Assembly: GCA_048270185.1 (NCBI GenBank)
Contig: JBLWTJ010000001.1
Coordinates: 1,248,001-1,312,000 of the forward strand
DNA from: Bacteriovoracaceae bacterium
GTDB lineage: Bacteria; Bdellovibrionota; Bacteriovoracia; Bacteriovoracales; Bacteriovoracaceae
Direction: 5' to 3'
Length of the DNA: 64,000 bases
The translations under genes were made by a program, and so were the position numbers. Within the stretch, counting starts at the first letter, position 1. Each line of letters starts with the position of its first letter. The notes beneath the pieces are model-generated. The model made no database searches, was not told the DNA's origin, and saw only the letters and a list, made by a program, of their open reading frames with translations. Below, piece after piece: positions 9,143 through 18,354 of this stretch.

Positions 9143-9721
9143 ATGAAAAATAAGAGTGTTATCTTCTGGGATGGGGGCCTAACGGCGCTTGAAACCCTTA
9201 AAATTATTCAATCTTCAACGCCTAAAGAAGATATTATTCTCGTGAGCCTACTCAACTCCAACGGTAATGAAGTAGGACTGACAGGAATTCCTGAAGAAAT
9301 TATTAGTCTTCAAGCAAGATTTCTTGGAATTAAACTTGTTCGTCTTTACCAAGATGAGCTCTGTCTTAAAGTTTTATCAAAATTTCAAAATCAAGGTTAC
9401 AAATTCTATAGTGGTTCTCGCTCTTCAAAGTTAAATTACGAATGTGTTAGAGAAATTAAAATTCACTACCCACTAGCGGGAAAGAGCTACCAAGAACTGA
9501 GAGAACAATCTCAGGCCCGATGTATTCTAACGTCTGTTAACAGCGAGGAAATGCAACGATACTTAGGAAAAGAAATTAGCGATATTGATCTAGAACTTGA
9601 CACTTATAACGTTGATACATTTGCCATCTATGACCCACTCTTTCGCATAAGAATTCCATTTTCTAAAAATATCGTCGTCCAACAGGGTGATACTTTTATT
9701 TGTAAAATTCGAAGTGTTTAA
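9143..9721 (+). CDS. Degenerate Dph6/DUF71 (COG2102)-like PP-loop protein
   Basis: SVIFWDGG (cf. WSGGKDS), GIPEEIISLQARFLGI, YLGKEI, TFAIYDPLF. Confidence 0.55.
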   Translation: MKNKSVIFWDGGLTALETLKIIQSSTPKEDIILVSLLNSNGNEVGLTGIPEEIISLQARFLGIKLVRLYQDELCLKVLSKFQNQGYKFYSGSRSSKLNYECVREIKIHYPLAGKSYQELREQSQARCILTSVNSEEMQRYLGKEISDIDLELDTYNVDTFAIYDPLFRIRIPFSKNIVVQQGDTFICKIRSV

Positions 9722-9796
9722 AATCTTTTAACATTACCTCCATACTTGCTTGCCCCTTAGTCCATATAATAGCAAGTGATCACATTTGGAGGTAAT

Positions 9797-10303
9797 ATGA
9801 AAACAAATCGTAAATTTCTCTTTGTTGGTGCTCGAGTCGTCATGGGCACTGTGCTCTTGCTAGGAGGAGTTACTCCCGGTCTTGGACTTCTGACAGAGTC
9901 ACAATACACACCTGAGGCACTGTCTTTTATTAATTCACTACAAGAAACAGGTTATCTCTACTATATGATTAAAATTCTTGAATTAGTTTTAGGTACAATG
10001 TTCTTATTAAATCTATTTATCCCATTAGCGGCAGTTATCGCAGCGCCACTGGTTATTAATATTCTCTTCTTTGAACTCTTCTTATGTAATTCCTTCTTAA
10101 TTGCACCAATTCTATTAATCCTTTGTGAAGTCATGGTTTACCGTGAACATCGAAAGATCTTTAATTGGTTATTTAAGTACCAAGTTCATACTCATACAAA
10201 TGACTTGGATGCTCCAGATATGATTATTTTGTCTGATTTAAAAGAGAAGGATCCACAGACATACAAAGATGTCGTCAATTCTCAGTATTATCATAATATT
10301 TAA
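9797..10303 (+). CDS. DoxX-family membrane protein
   Basis: Four hydrophobic segments; TGYL..IKILELVLG..LL..LFIPLA...P...NI pattern; ATG after GGAGG. Confidence 0.7.
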   Translation: MKTNRKFLFVGARVVMGTVLLLGGVTPGLGLLTESQYTPEALSFINSLQETGYLYYMIKILELVLGTMFLLNLFIPLAAVIAAPLVINILFFELFLCNSFLIAPILLILCEVMVYREHRKIFNWLFKYQVHTHTNDLDAPDMIILSDLKEKDPQTYKDVVNSQYYHNI

Positions 10304-10332
10304 ATTTCTATTAAACTCATGGCGTCTGTTGA

Positions 10333-10361
10333 TTGACAGACGCTGGCCTTCCTGCCACTAT
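10333..10361 (+). promoter_or_regulatory. Sigma70-like promoter for the riboswitch-btuB transcript
   Basis: TTGACA-17 nt-CACTAT; -35 overlaps hairpin GCGTCTGT/ACAGACGC. Confidence 0.55.
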
Positions 10362-10374
10362 TTTCCAATTGTAT

Positions 10375-10466
10375 ATAAGGTGAACTCTGTGAAATTCAGA
10401 GACTGTCCCGCAACGGTTAGAGTCCGAGCCCTTCTTTATTAATTTATATCTCGGAGGAAGATTATA
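10375..10466 (+). ncRNA. Cobalamin riboswitch, compact class II / AdoCbl-variant type
   Basis: AGGTGAA, P4 CTCTG-TGAAATT-CAGAG, P5 ACTG-TCCCGCAA-CGGT, AGTCCG; downstream hairpin ATCT-CGGAGGA-AGAT holds the SD; directly upstream of a TonB-dependent receptor. Confidence 0.9.
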
Positions 10467-12203
10467 AAAACGCCATTCTTATTACCCCTAGTTTTATTAT
10501 TATCAACAAGCACACAGGCTCAAATCACAATTAAGGCCACTAAGCTCGACACGACAGTAGAGAGAGTGACAAGCGATGTAAAAGTCATTACGAGTGAAGA
10601 AATTGAGAATTCTGATGCGCTCACACTACAAGAACTCTTACAGTCAAAGGCCGGTATTTTTATTGGACAAGCTGGACAAACTGGAGCTGCTTCTAGCTTA
10701 CGATTAAGAGGTCTTCCAACAGGCTTTTCTAAGATAATCTTAGATAATGTTGAACTTACAGATCCAACTGATATCAACAATTCTTATCAAATCAATAATC
10801 TGACTCTTGATAATATTGAATCCATTGAAATCTTAAAAGGTAGTCAGTCTATTATCTACGGCTCAAGCGCTATTGGTGGTGTTCTTAAGATTAATACCAA
10901 GAAAGGATTTGATAGCACTCAAATGCGTGCAGAGTATGGTTCACAAAACACAAAGAAAGTTGCTCTTAGTAAAAGTGGAAATACGAAGCAATTAAATTAT
11001 GGAATCAACTTAAGCTATCTTGATACAGATGGATATTCTGCCTACAACGAGGATCGAATAACTAATGCGGAAGATGACTCTTATGAAAGTCTTAATGCAA
11101 ACCTAAACCTAAGTTACTTCTTAGGAAACAACCTTGAAGTTAGTTTTCAATCTGGCTACATTAAGTCCGATCTTGAAAAAGACGACTTCATGGCCGACAA
11201 GATCGATAACGACGACGAACAATATGAACATTTTAATAATTATCTTAGTCTTAAGTACTTCTCTGATGATGATAAGTTCACGCTAACACCTAGTGTACGT
11301 CTTTCACAAATTGAGAGAGTTGATGAATTTGGCTTTACTCCCCTTTTTAAAGGAAAGGAATTAGATACACGAATTGATAGTACTTATGAATTATCTCAGT
11401 CGGCTAAACTCTTTATAGGAACTCAGTATCTAAAACAAGAAGATACAATAAATAAAGACTACAGTGAGCTCTTTTCCATCTATGGAACTACCAATTTAAG
11501 TTATGGTGATTTGTTTGCAGATGTAGGTATGCGCCTAGATCAATTTACTTCATTTGATCTTAATACAATTGGAAGCCTAGGTATTGGATATAACCTAACA
11601 AATACATGGACTCTTAAAGGTCACTTCTCACAAGGTTTTAAATTACCAACACTCTATCAATTGGCCAATCAGCTATCAGATCTTGATCCAACGGATAGTG
11701 TTAATACAGAGCTGACACTTCTTTACAAAGAAGTAACATATCAATTTGAAGCGACGGCCTTTAACTATGAGCTTCGAAATCAAATTGATTACGACACGGC
11801 AACAAGTAAGTACTTTAATATTTCACGTTCACGTATTCAGGGGATGGAGTTTAGCTACACTCAAGAATTTCGTTTTGATCTAACTGTTACATCTTCTCTA
11901 ACTCTACAAAGAGCCAAGAATCTTAAGACAAATGGAGAACTTGGAAGAACACCTCACTCTCTAGCAAGTATCGATTTCACTTATAAAATCAATAAGAATC
12001 AAAGCCTAACAAATTGGTGGCAATATGTTGGAAAGCGCCAAGATTCAGGAGAGATGCCTTCTTACGTAGTAGGAAACCTAAATTATCAATACAAAGACTT
12101 CAACTTTAAGATTATGAATATTCTTGATAAGGATTATGAGAATGTTCGCTACTACGGAACACTCCCTCGTAGTTTCTATGTTGGTTATAAACTTAACCTC
12201 TAA
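10464..12203 (+). CDS. btuB: TonB-dependent cobalamin receptor (BtuB-like), probable ATA start
   Basis: Plug motifs LRG and IESIEILKGSQSIIYGSSAIGGV; barrel ending NILDKDY..RSFYVGYKLNL; signal peptide only present if start is upstream of track start 10566. Confidence 0.85.
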   Translation: MKTPFLLPLVLLLSTSTQAQITIKATKLDTTVERVTSDVKVITSEEIENSDALTLQELLQSKAGIFIGQAGQTGAASSLRLRGLPTGFSKIILDNVELTDPTDINNSYQINNLTLDNIESIEILKGSQSIIYGSSAIGGVLKINTKKGFDSTQMRAEYGSQNTKKVALSKSGNTKQLNYGINLSYLDTDGYSAYNEDRITNAEDDSYESLNANLNLSYFLGNNLEVSFQSGYIKSDLEKDDFMADKIDNDDEQYEHFNNYLSLKYFSDDDKFTLTPSVRLSQIERVDEFGFTPLFKGKELDTRIDSTYELSQSAKLFIGTQYLKQEDTINKDYSELFSIYGTTNLSYGDLFADVGMRLDQFTSFDLNTIGSLGIGYNLTNTWTLKGHFSQGFKLPTLYQLANQLSDLDPTDSVNTELTLLYKEVTYQFEATAFNYELRNQIDYDTATSKYFNISRSRIQGMEFSYTQEFRFDLTVTSSLTLQRAKNLKTNGELGRTPHSLASIDFTYKINKNQSLTNWWQYVGKRQDSGEMPSYVVGNLNYQYKDFNFKIMNILDKDYENVRYYGTLPRSFYVGYKLNL

Positions 12204-13341
12204 GGTGATAGCGCTTTATTAAAATAATCGCAACACCAAAGCATAGGATGGAACCTATGTTTAAAACATAGAATAATTGAAAAGCACTTCCGGGGCCTAA
12301 GCGATCAGCGATGGCCCCGAATACAAAGTGCATCACAGAGATTCCAACACCAATATAGCTCATCGTTGAAGCAAGAACGATATGATTCTTTTTTGGAAAA
12401 TTATTTGAAATCCAATCCACAATGACAGGGAAGCAAAAAGACATGAAAAGTGCCGTCATGGGATAAAAGATGGCGTGAACTTTCCCTAAACTAAAGCAAA
12501 TAAGGCTTGAGAAAAGAGAAAGAATAATTAACCTCTTTGACTCCATCTTAATATCTAAGAAAGCAAATCCAATCCTCCCAATCATAAGAAAGAGAAAGAA
12601 GTATGATAGGTAGTTATTAGCAACTAAGTCACTAAATGAATGAGACTCTACAAGGTAGTACTTAAGACGAGTTGATATCATGATCTCTGAAGCGACATAA
12701 CTTCCAGCAAAGAGACCAATCATTAGATTCATCAAGAATGCTCCACTCATGCCTTCATGGTTTTCTTTAATCTCCTCATGATGAGAGTCATGAGTCATGA
12801 ATGAATAAGCAAAGACAGCGGCACAAGGAATAAGTAAGTACTTAAAGAAATGAATCCAATCAGAGTTTAAGTAGTGAAAGAGATTGAGAAGCTGAGGAGC
12901 GGCCAAGGATGCTAGTCCGTAGACACCATGAAGTCCCGAAAGATAGCGTCTCTTGTGTTGCGAAGGTGCTCCTGTATCAACCATAAGATTCATGGTGATA
13001 CCTGTAATCCCAAAACCAAAGCCTGCAATAGCACCAAATATTAAGCTTATCTTGAAATTGTGGTAATCTCCACCAAGCCCAATACCGTAAGTCCCTACTC
13101 CCATAAGAATCATGGCAACTCTAGTGGCCACAACCGCTCCTAAGCGAGGCAGCCAAATCGATGTTGTTAAATACGAGAAGAGTGATGTAATCGACATCAC
13201 AGAAAATATCAGTGAGCCTTCATCTGGTCGAATTTGAAAGTAATTTAAAAGTTCTGGATAGACACTACCACGGCCATTATCAATAAAGCTTAAAGCGATG
13301 AGGGCCATATAACCTAGAATAACATATCCAAAATTTTTCAA
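12193..13341 (-). CDS. MFS transporter
   Basis: About 12 hydrophobic segments with MFS-like loops. Confidence 0.8.
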   Translation of the reverse strand: MKNFGYVILGYMALIALSFIDNGRGSVYPELLNYFQIRPDEGSLIFSVMSITSLFSYLTTSIWLPRLGAVVATRVAMILMGVGTYGIGLGGDYHNFKISLIFGAIAGFGFGITGITMNLMVDTGAPSQHKRRYLSGLHGVYGLASLAAPQLLNLFHYLNSDWIHFFKYLLIPCAAVFAYSFMTHDSHHEEIKENHEGMSGAFLMNLMIGLFAGSYVASEIMISTRLKYYLVESHSFSDLVANNYLSYFFLFLMIGRIGFAFLDIKMESKRLIILSLFSSLICFSLGKVHAIFYPMTALFMSFCFPVIVDWISNNFPKKNHIVLASTMSYIGVGISVMHFVFGAIADRLGPGSAFQLFYVLNIGSILCFGVAIILIKRYHLRG

Positions 13342-13349
13342 ATCAAATC

Positions 13350-15503
13350 CTATGCAATAAGCGATTTATCTTTATAAAGAATCCATAATTGATGAATTGC
13401 TCTAGTGGCCGCTAAGTGTAGTCGCTTTCTTGCAGTAGCATCAATTGGGTAGAACTGCTTATCACAATCAGGAATAATAACGTAGTCAAACTCAAGACCA
13501 CGGATTTGCTCAACAGTTGTCACATCAATTCCAGGTCTTAGAGAGAAATTCTCATCAAGTACAAGTCTGACACTTCCAACCTCTTCAATTTCCTGATAGA
13601 GGTTCTTTGCGATATCTTCTTTTGAGCAAATCACGGCAATCGATGCCTTTGGTTCTCTATTAATCAACTCCACTAGTGCACTACTTATAATCATGGAGGC
13701 GTGCTCTATATGTTGAACTTGTGTTTCAATAATTGGTCCCCCCTCTCTCTTAGAATCAGGAAGCTGTGCCGGAGCAAGAGGTCCTAATACCTTGTGAGCA
13801 AAGGCGACGATCTCTTTTGGAGAACGATAAGAAACATTAAGTTCTTCCACTTGCATATCATCAACATCAAGCTCCAGAGTGTGGCAGACATCATGCCATG
13901 AAGTGAACTCAAATGTGCGATCAATTTGTTGAACGCTATCACCTGCAATTGTGAAATTTCCATCTTGATGCTTAACTTGTCCAAGCATGACAAGCTCACT
14001 CTTAGAAAGCTCTTGAGCTTCATCAAGGAAGATATGACGGTAGTATTTAAACTCTCGTCCAAAATACTTGAGGTGCCCAAATTGCTTTACAATGAGGTAG
14101 TTAAATAAAGGGAGATCATACTTATCAACAAATCCACTTACTTCCCCATCGCTATGGGCGTAGTCTGAATCACTATCAAGACCTTGAATCTGCTTTGATG
14201 TATAAAACTTAAGATCATTTAACATGTGAGTCGTTACCTGACGATTTGTCATCTCAGGTAAGCGAGACATCAAGACATTATCAGAGAAGATATTAAGAAG
14301 TTCTTCTCTAACATTTCTAAAGCCCTTTAATACTTTTTTAATTTCAACTTTTAAAATACTGTCGCGTGTATTCTCATACAGATTCTTAACTCTTACATAA
14401 AGTGGACGTGTGCGATCTTTAGTAAAAAATTCGAGATCGAGTCCTTTAAGCTTCTTTTCTATATCTGCTTCTTTCTTTGCAAGGTATTCATCAATTAGTG
14501 TTAAAAGTTGTGGATTTCTCTTAATTGTCACAATTGAATCAAGAGGGTTATCTTCAATCTTCTTAGGTATTGATTTTATATTTTGAAAGACAATCTTTTT
14601 TATCAGCTCATCTAAAGTTGAAACTCTTACTTTCTCCAGATTAGATTCTTGAAGAAGTTTCTTTGAAAGCTTTACTAGACCTTGATTTGGAACAAGGACC
14701 ATAACGTCTTCTTGGCGAATGCCGTCTTCACGACAAAGCTTAGCAATTCGGTAGAGTGCAACTGTTGTCTTACCACTACCGGCACCACCAGTAATTAGAA
14801 GTGGTTTGCTTGCACTTTGGTTTACGAGATCGTACTGGGTCTTATCAAGCATTGAAATAACTTCAGGGCCATCAAAACCTGTGCGCCCACTACCAAGACT
14901 CTGATTAGCGCTTCCTTCTCCACCTGCAAGTTTCTGTGCTGACTCTGAAAGAGAGATCCATTCCCCATCACGCCAAACATTAGTCATTCCTTCACGATCA
15001 ACTCGCATAAGCTTTGATTCACGAACTGTAAGGATTGATTTTTCTAAGATACGGCCTTCGATAACTCGATCATCCAAATCAAAGTCAAAATCATCACCTT
15101 CACCATATTGGTAGAAGATTCTTGCCATTGGCGACTTCTTCCAGTCGATAATTTTGAATTTTAATTCTTTATGAGAAAATGGAATATGCCCAATAAGAAA
15201 ATCCTTAAGCTTGCCATTTTGTTCAATTTTAAAGTGTCCAAAAAATGGTGAGTCTGTACTTGGAAGACTCTGATGTTCTTCATAACGATTGGCCAGTTGA
15301 TTTAGTAAGTTCATCTGCTGGATAATTCCAGGTAAGTCATCTTCCTTTGCACTTAAGGACTCATCGCGTAACGCCCTAATATTAGCAGCAATATCGGCCA
15401 ATGCCGCTGCATTTAGGTCTGGAAGCTTCTTTATTAATTCAACAGCTTGGCCAAGAAAGCCATCAATTTTTTGGATATATTCTAGTTTCACTAACTCACT
15501 CAT
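13350..15503 (-). CDS. HelD-like SF1 (UvrD-related) ATPase
   Basis: GGAGSGKTT, DEAQE, GDSVQQI, SYRS, RGLEFD, ATRA; N-terminal PFFGH..IGH..IIDWKKSP..IFY resembles HelD. Confidence 0.75.
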   Translation of the reverse strand: MSELVKLEYIQKIDGFLGQAVELIKKLPDLNAAALADIAANIRALRDESLSAKEDDLPGIIQQMNLLNQLANRYEEHQSLPSTDSPFFGHFKIEQNGKLKDFLIGHIPFSHKELKFKIIDWKKSPMARIFYQYGEGDDFDFDLDDRVIEGRILEKSILTVRESKLMRVDREGMTNVWRDGEWISLSESAQKLAGGEGSANQSLGSGRTGFDGPEVISMLDKTQYDLVNQSASKPLLITGGAGSGKTTVALYRIAKLCREDGIRQEDVMVLVPNQGLVKLSKKLLQESNLEKVRVSTLDELIKKIVFQNIKSIPKKIEDNPLDSIVTIKRNPQLLTLIDEYLAKKEADIEKKLKGLDLEFFTKDRTRPLYVRVKNLYENTRDSILKVEIKKVLKGFRNVREELLNIFSDNVLMSRLPEMTNRQVTTHMLNDLKFYTSKQIQGLDSDSDYAHSDGEVSGFVDKYDLPLFNYLIVKQFGHLKYFGREFKYYRHIFLDEAQELSKSELVMLGQVKHQDGNFTIAGDSVQQIDRTFEFTSWHDVCHTLELDVDDMQVEELNVSYRSPKEIVAFAHKVLGPLAPAQLPDSKREGGPIIETQVQHIEHASMIISSALVELINREPKASIAVICSKEDIAKNLYQEIEEVGSVRLVLDENFSLRPGIDVTTVEQIRGLEFDYVIIPDCDKQFYPIDATARKRLHLAATRAIHQLWILYKDKSLIA

Positions 15504-15574
15504 ACTTTATTTGCCTAATATCAATTAGATTGCTAGTGTTGCAGTCAATTATTAACTACAACGAGGGCCATATT

Positions 15575-16045
15575 ATGCCAAAAGTTATCGGATTTAACTA
15601 CACATTAACGAATACTAATAACGAAGTTTTAGACTCATCGACTGAACACGGACCACTTCTTTTCCTAGAAGGTGTTGGACAAATTATCCCAGGTCTAGAA
15701 GAAAAGATCGTGAGCATGAATATTGGTGAAAAGGCTAAAGTTGAAGTAGCAGCCGCTGACGCATACGGTAATAAAAATGATGAACTAGTTATCACTGTTC
15801 AACGCTCACAATTCCCACCAGATGCACAACTTAATGTTGGAGATGTTTTCCAAGTAAACCAAGACCAAGGAATGCCTCCATTTGCAATTATCGCAATCAA
15901 CGGTGAAGAGATTACTCTTGACGGTAATCACCCTCTAGCTGGTGAAGACCTAATCTTTGATATTGAAATTACAGAAGTTAGAGAAGCGTCAGAAGAAGAG
16001 GTGGCACATGGTCACGCTCATGGCGTAGGTGGACACCAACACTAA
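15575..16045 (+). CDS. slyD: FKBP-type peptidyl-prolyl isomerase SlyD
   Basis: GQIIPGLE, AYG, DGNHPLAG and His-rich tail; ATG 15575 after GAGG. Confidence 0.92.
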   Translation: MPKVIGFNYTLTNTNNEVLDSSTEHGPLLFLEGVGQIIPGLEEKIVSMNIGEKAKVEVAAADAYGNKNDELVITVQRSQFPPDAQLNVGDVFQVNQDQGMPPFAIIAINGEEITLDGNHPLAGEDLIFDIEITEVREASEEEVAHGHAHGVGGHQH

Positions 16046-16120
16046 TTAATATTTACCTTTCTTAACTTAAATAACTGTATAGAACCTTACTAAAATTAAT
16101 TTAGATTTTGTGAGGATTCT

Positions 16121-17215
16121 ATGCAGTTTAATAAGTTTCAACTTGGACTTTGTTTAGGTTCAATTCTTCTAACTAATTTCATACACGCAAAAGAACTTGC
16201 AGATGGTTTCGATCTTTATGGAAAGATTTCCATGGCATTTGTCGGACAAGATGGAACACAGTCATTAAATAATAACTCCTCTCGCTTTGGTTTTAAGTAT
16301 AAGAGAGATGACTTAATCGAGGGGTTCACCACTGGTCTTCGTGCTGAGTTTGGAATCAATACCAGCAATACGAGCCAGGAAATTCAGGGTTCAAGCGACC
16401 CTACTAATACGGGTCGCTTTGAAGTCGATAATACTAGCGACAAGCCACTCTCCTCGCGACTTTCTTATCTTTGGTTAACCAAGGGGGATTTTGAAGCGAC
16501 AATCGGAAAGAACTGGTCTATTTGGTATGATGTGACAGGGCTTACTGATATATTCATGATCACTGGTGCCTATACTTCCTCAACATATACTGCCAATAGC
16601 GAGATCATAGGAACTTCTCGTGCCGTTGATGTCTTAGAACTACGCTATAAACTTGGTGATATTTACTTTGGTGCGCAATATAAATTCACTGATGATATTT
16701 CTACTGATTACGACTCAAATGGAGATGGAACAAATGATGCCACACTCGTTCTTGAAAATTCATTTGCGGCCTCGATTCGTTATATGAGAGAGAATTTTAT
16801 CTTTGGCATTAGTGCTATTAACTTAGAATCAAATAATAACGGATCAAAAGTAGATAAACTCTCAGTAACAGCTGGCACTAAATTCATCCACAAAAATTTC
16901 TTTATGGCAGTCATTTATGGTGACACTAAAGATCTTGAACTCATTGATGGACAATTTGTGAGAACAGATAATATCGAAGCCTTAGTTGGCTGGAAGCTAG
17001 ATAGTAATAACCAATTTATGCTTGGGTATAATTGGCAGACTTCAGATGAAATTGGCTATGAGGACTATGAAGTTGGTAAGTACATTGCTTCATATATCTA
17101 CTCTTACAGGGTCATGGAGTTTGGTATAGAAGTTGTTTATGACGATTCGACGGCCGTTAACGACAAAAAGCGAGAGGACCATCAGGTCCTCATTGGTGCA
17201 ACTCTCTATTTCTAA
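16121..17215 (+). CDS. Gram-negative porin
   Basis: Signal peptide, LYG, SSRFG, C-terminal Phe (GATLYF). Confidence 0.85.
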   Translation: MQFNKFQLGLCLGSILLTNFIHAKELADGFDLYGKISMAFVGQDGTQSLNNNSSRFGFKYKRDDLIEGFTTGLRAEFGINTSNTSQEIQGSSDPTNTGRFEVDNTSDKPLSSRLSYLWLTKGDFEATIGKNWSIWYDVTGLTDIFMITGAYTSSTYTANSEIIGTSRAVDVLELRYKLGDIYFGAQYKFTDDISTDYDSNGDGTNDATLVLENSFAASIRYMRENFIFGISAINLESNNNGSKVDKLSVTAGTKFIHKNFFMAVIYGDTKDLELIDGQFVRTDNIEALVGWKLDSNNQFMLGYNWQTSDEIGYEDYEVGKYIASYIYSYRVMEFGIEVVYDDSTAVNDKKREDHQVLIGATLYF

Positions 17216-18354
17216 TAATGTTCAGGTGGAACTTTTTTGAAAATGAAAGCAGGGATAACACTTGAGACAAGTGTGTAAATCACAAGTCCCGAAACAATTT
17301 CCAATGGAATATCGAATCGCTCTCTTGAAATCTGTGCCATAACTAGACCGAAAATAAGTGTCGGTAGAAGTGATACCGTGATTTCTTTACGATCAGGCCA
17401 GAAGTCTTGCATAAAAAATTTCATATTCGAGTATGTATTGAAAATTCTTAGTGGAATGAAAACTGCTAAGAAGATAACTCCAATAATAAGTCCCTTTTGA
17501 CTAAATAAATCTTCAGTAAATCCTATCCCCGCTTTGAAGAAATAAAATGGAATAAAGAATGAGAAGAACATTTGAAGGTTCTTTAGAATCTCTTCTGACT
17601 TTTCAGATTTTCCAAAATGCTTAAACTCCGATGCAATAAACCCGACAAGGAATGCACCAACAAGATAGTAAGTACCAATTTTCTTTGTAATAACACCGCA
17701 TACAAGTGCCGTAAGAATTAGAAATCCTACTTCAGAGTCTTTAGCGTATGGGGCGATATATTTGAAAAAGAATTTATATGAGAGAGGAAGTAGGACACTT
17801 AAAGCAATTAAAACGAATGTAGAACTTCCAAGGCTTGCTACACTCTCTGATTGCAGTGTGATAAATAACAGTAAGATTGCAGAGATCTCCTTTGCAATGG
17901 CCTTTGAACGAATCCAATACTCTTGTCCTTCTGAGAATCCATAATTCTTTAAAGAATTTAAAATGAAGCCTGTAGAAGGAGTCATAATCCCGAGTGCAAT
18001 TAATGTTGCAGGTCTAAATCCAATATTAAAAAACTGTGAAATTGCAAAAGCAACAACAAGAGTTATCGCCGCATTTTGAAGAACCCCAGACATGAGCTCC
18101 TTCCAGTTTTGCTTGAGTTCTTCAAATTCAACTTCAAAACCAGCAAAGAGAAATAATGATGTTATCCCAAGGCGTGATAACATAAGAAGTAGGTCATCTC
18201 CCTGAAACCATCCGAGTCCGAGTCCTGCCCCAATCCCTAAGAAGATGGAAGAGATTCCTATTGGAATCTGAAATCTTAAAAGTAGTTTTGGAAGAATTAG
18301 AAGTATAGTGAATAGAAGTAAGTATTGTATTTCACTATTAGCAAGATTTATCAT
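17212..18354 (-). CDS. Cation:proton antiporter (CPA2-like)
   Basis: LFLFAGFEV, LVGAFLVG, FIPFYFFKAG; multi-TM. Confidence 0.8.
   Translation of the reverse strand: MINLANSEIQYLLLFTILLILPKLLLRFQIPIGISSIFLGIGAGLGLGWFQGDDLLLMLSRLGITSLFLFAGFEVEFEELKQNWKELMSGVLQNAAITLVVAFAISQFFNIGFRPATLIALGIMTPSTGFILNSLKNYGFSEGQEYWIRSKAIAKEISAILLLFITLQSESVASLGSSTFVLIALSVLLPLSYKFFFKYIAPYAKDSEVGFLILTALVCGVITKKIGTYYLVGAFLVGFIASEFKHFGKSEKSEEILKNLQMFFSFFIPFYFFKAGIGFTEDLFSQKGLIIGVIFLAVFIPLRIFNTYSNMKFFMQDFWPDRKEITVSLLPTLIFGLVMAQISRERFDIPLEIVSGLVIYTLVSSVIPAFIFKKVPPEHY

Noticed and set aside
15401..15574. N-terminal extension of slyD in the ORF track
   Set aside because: Overlaps the divergent helicase start; SlyD similarity and SD fit ATG 15575
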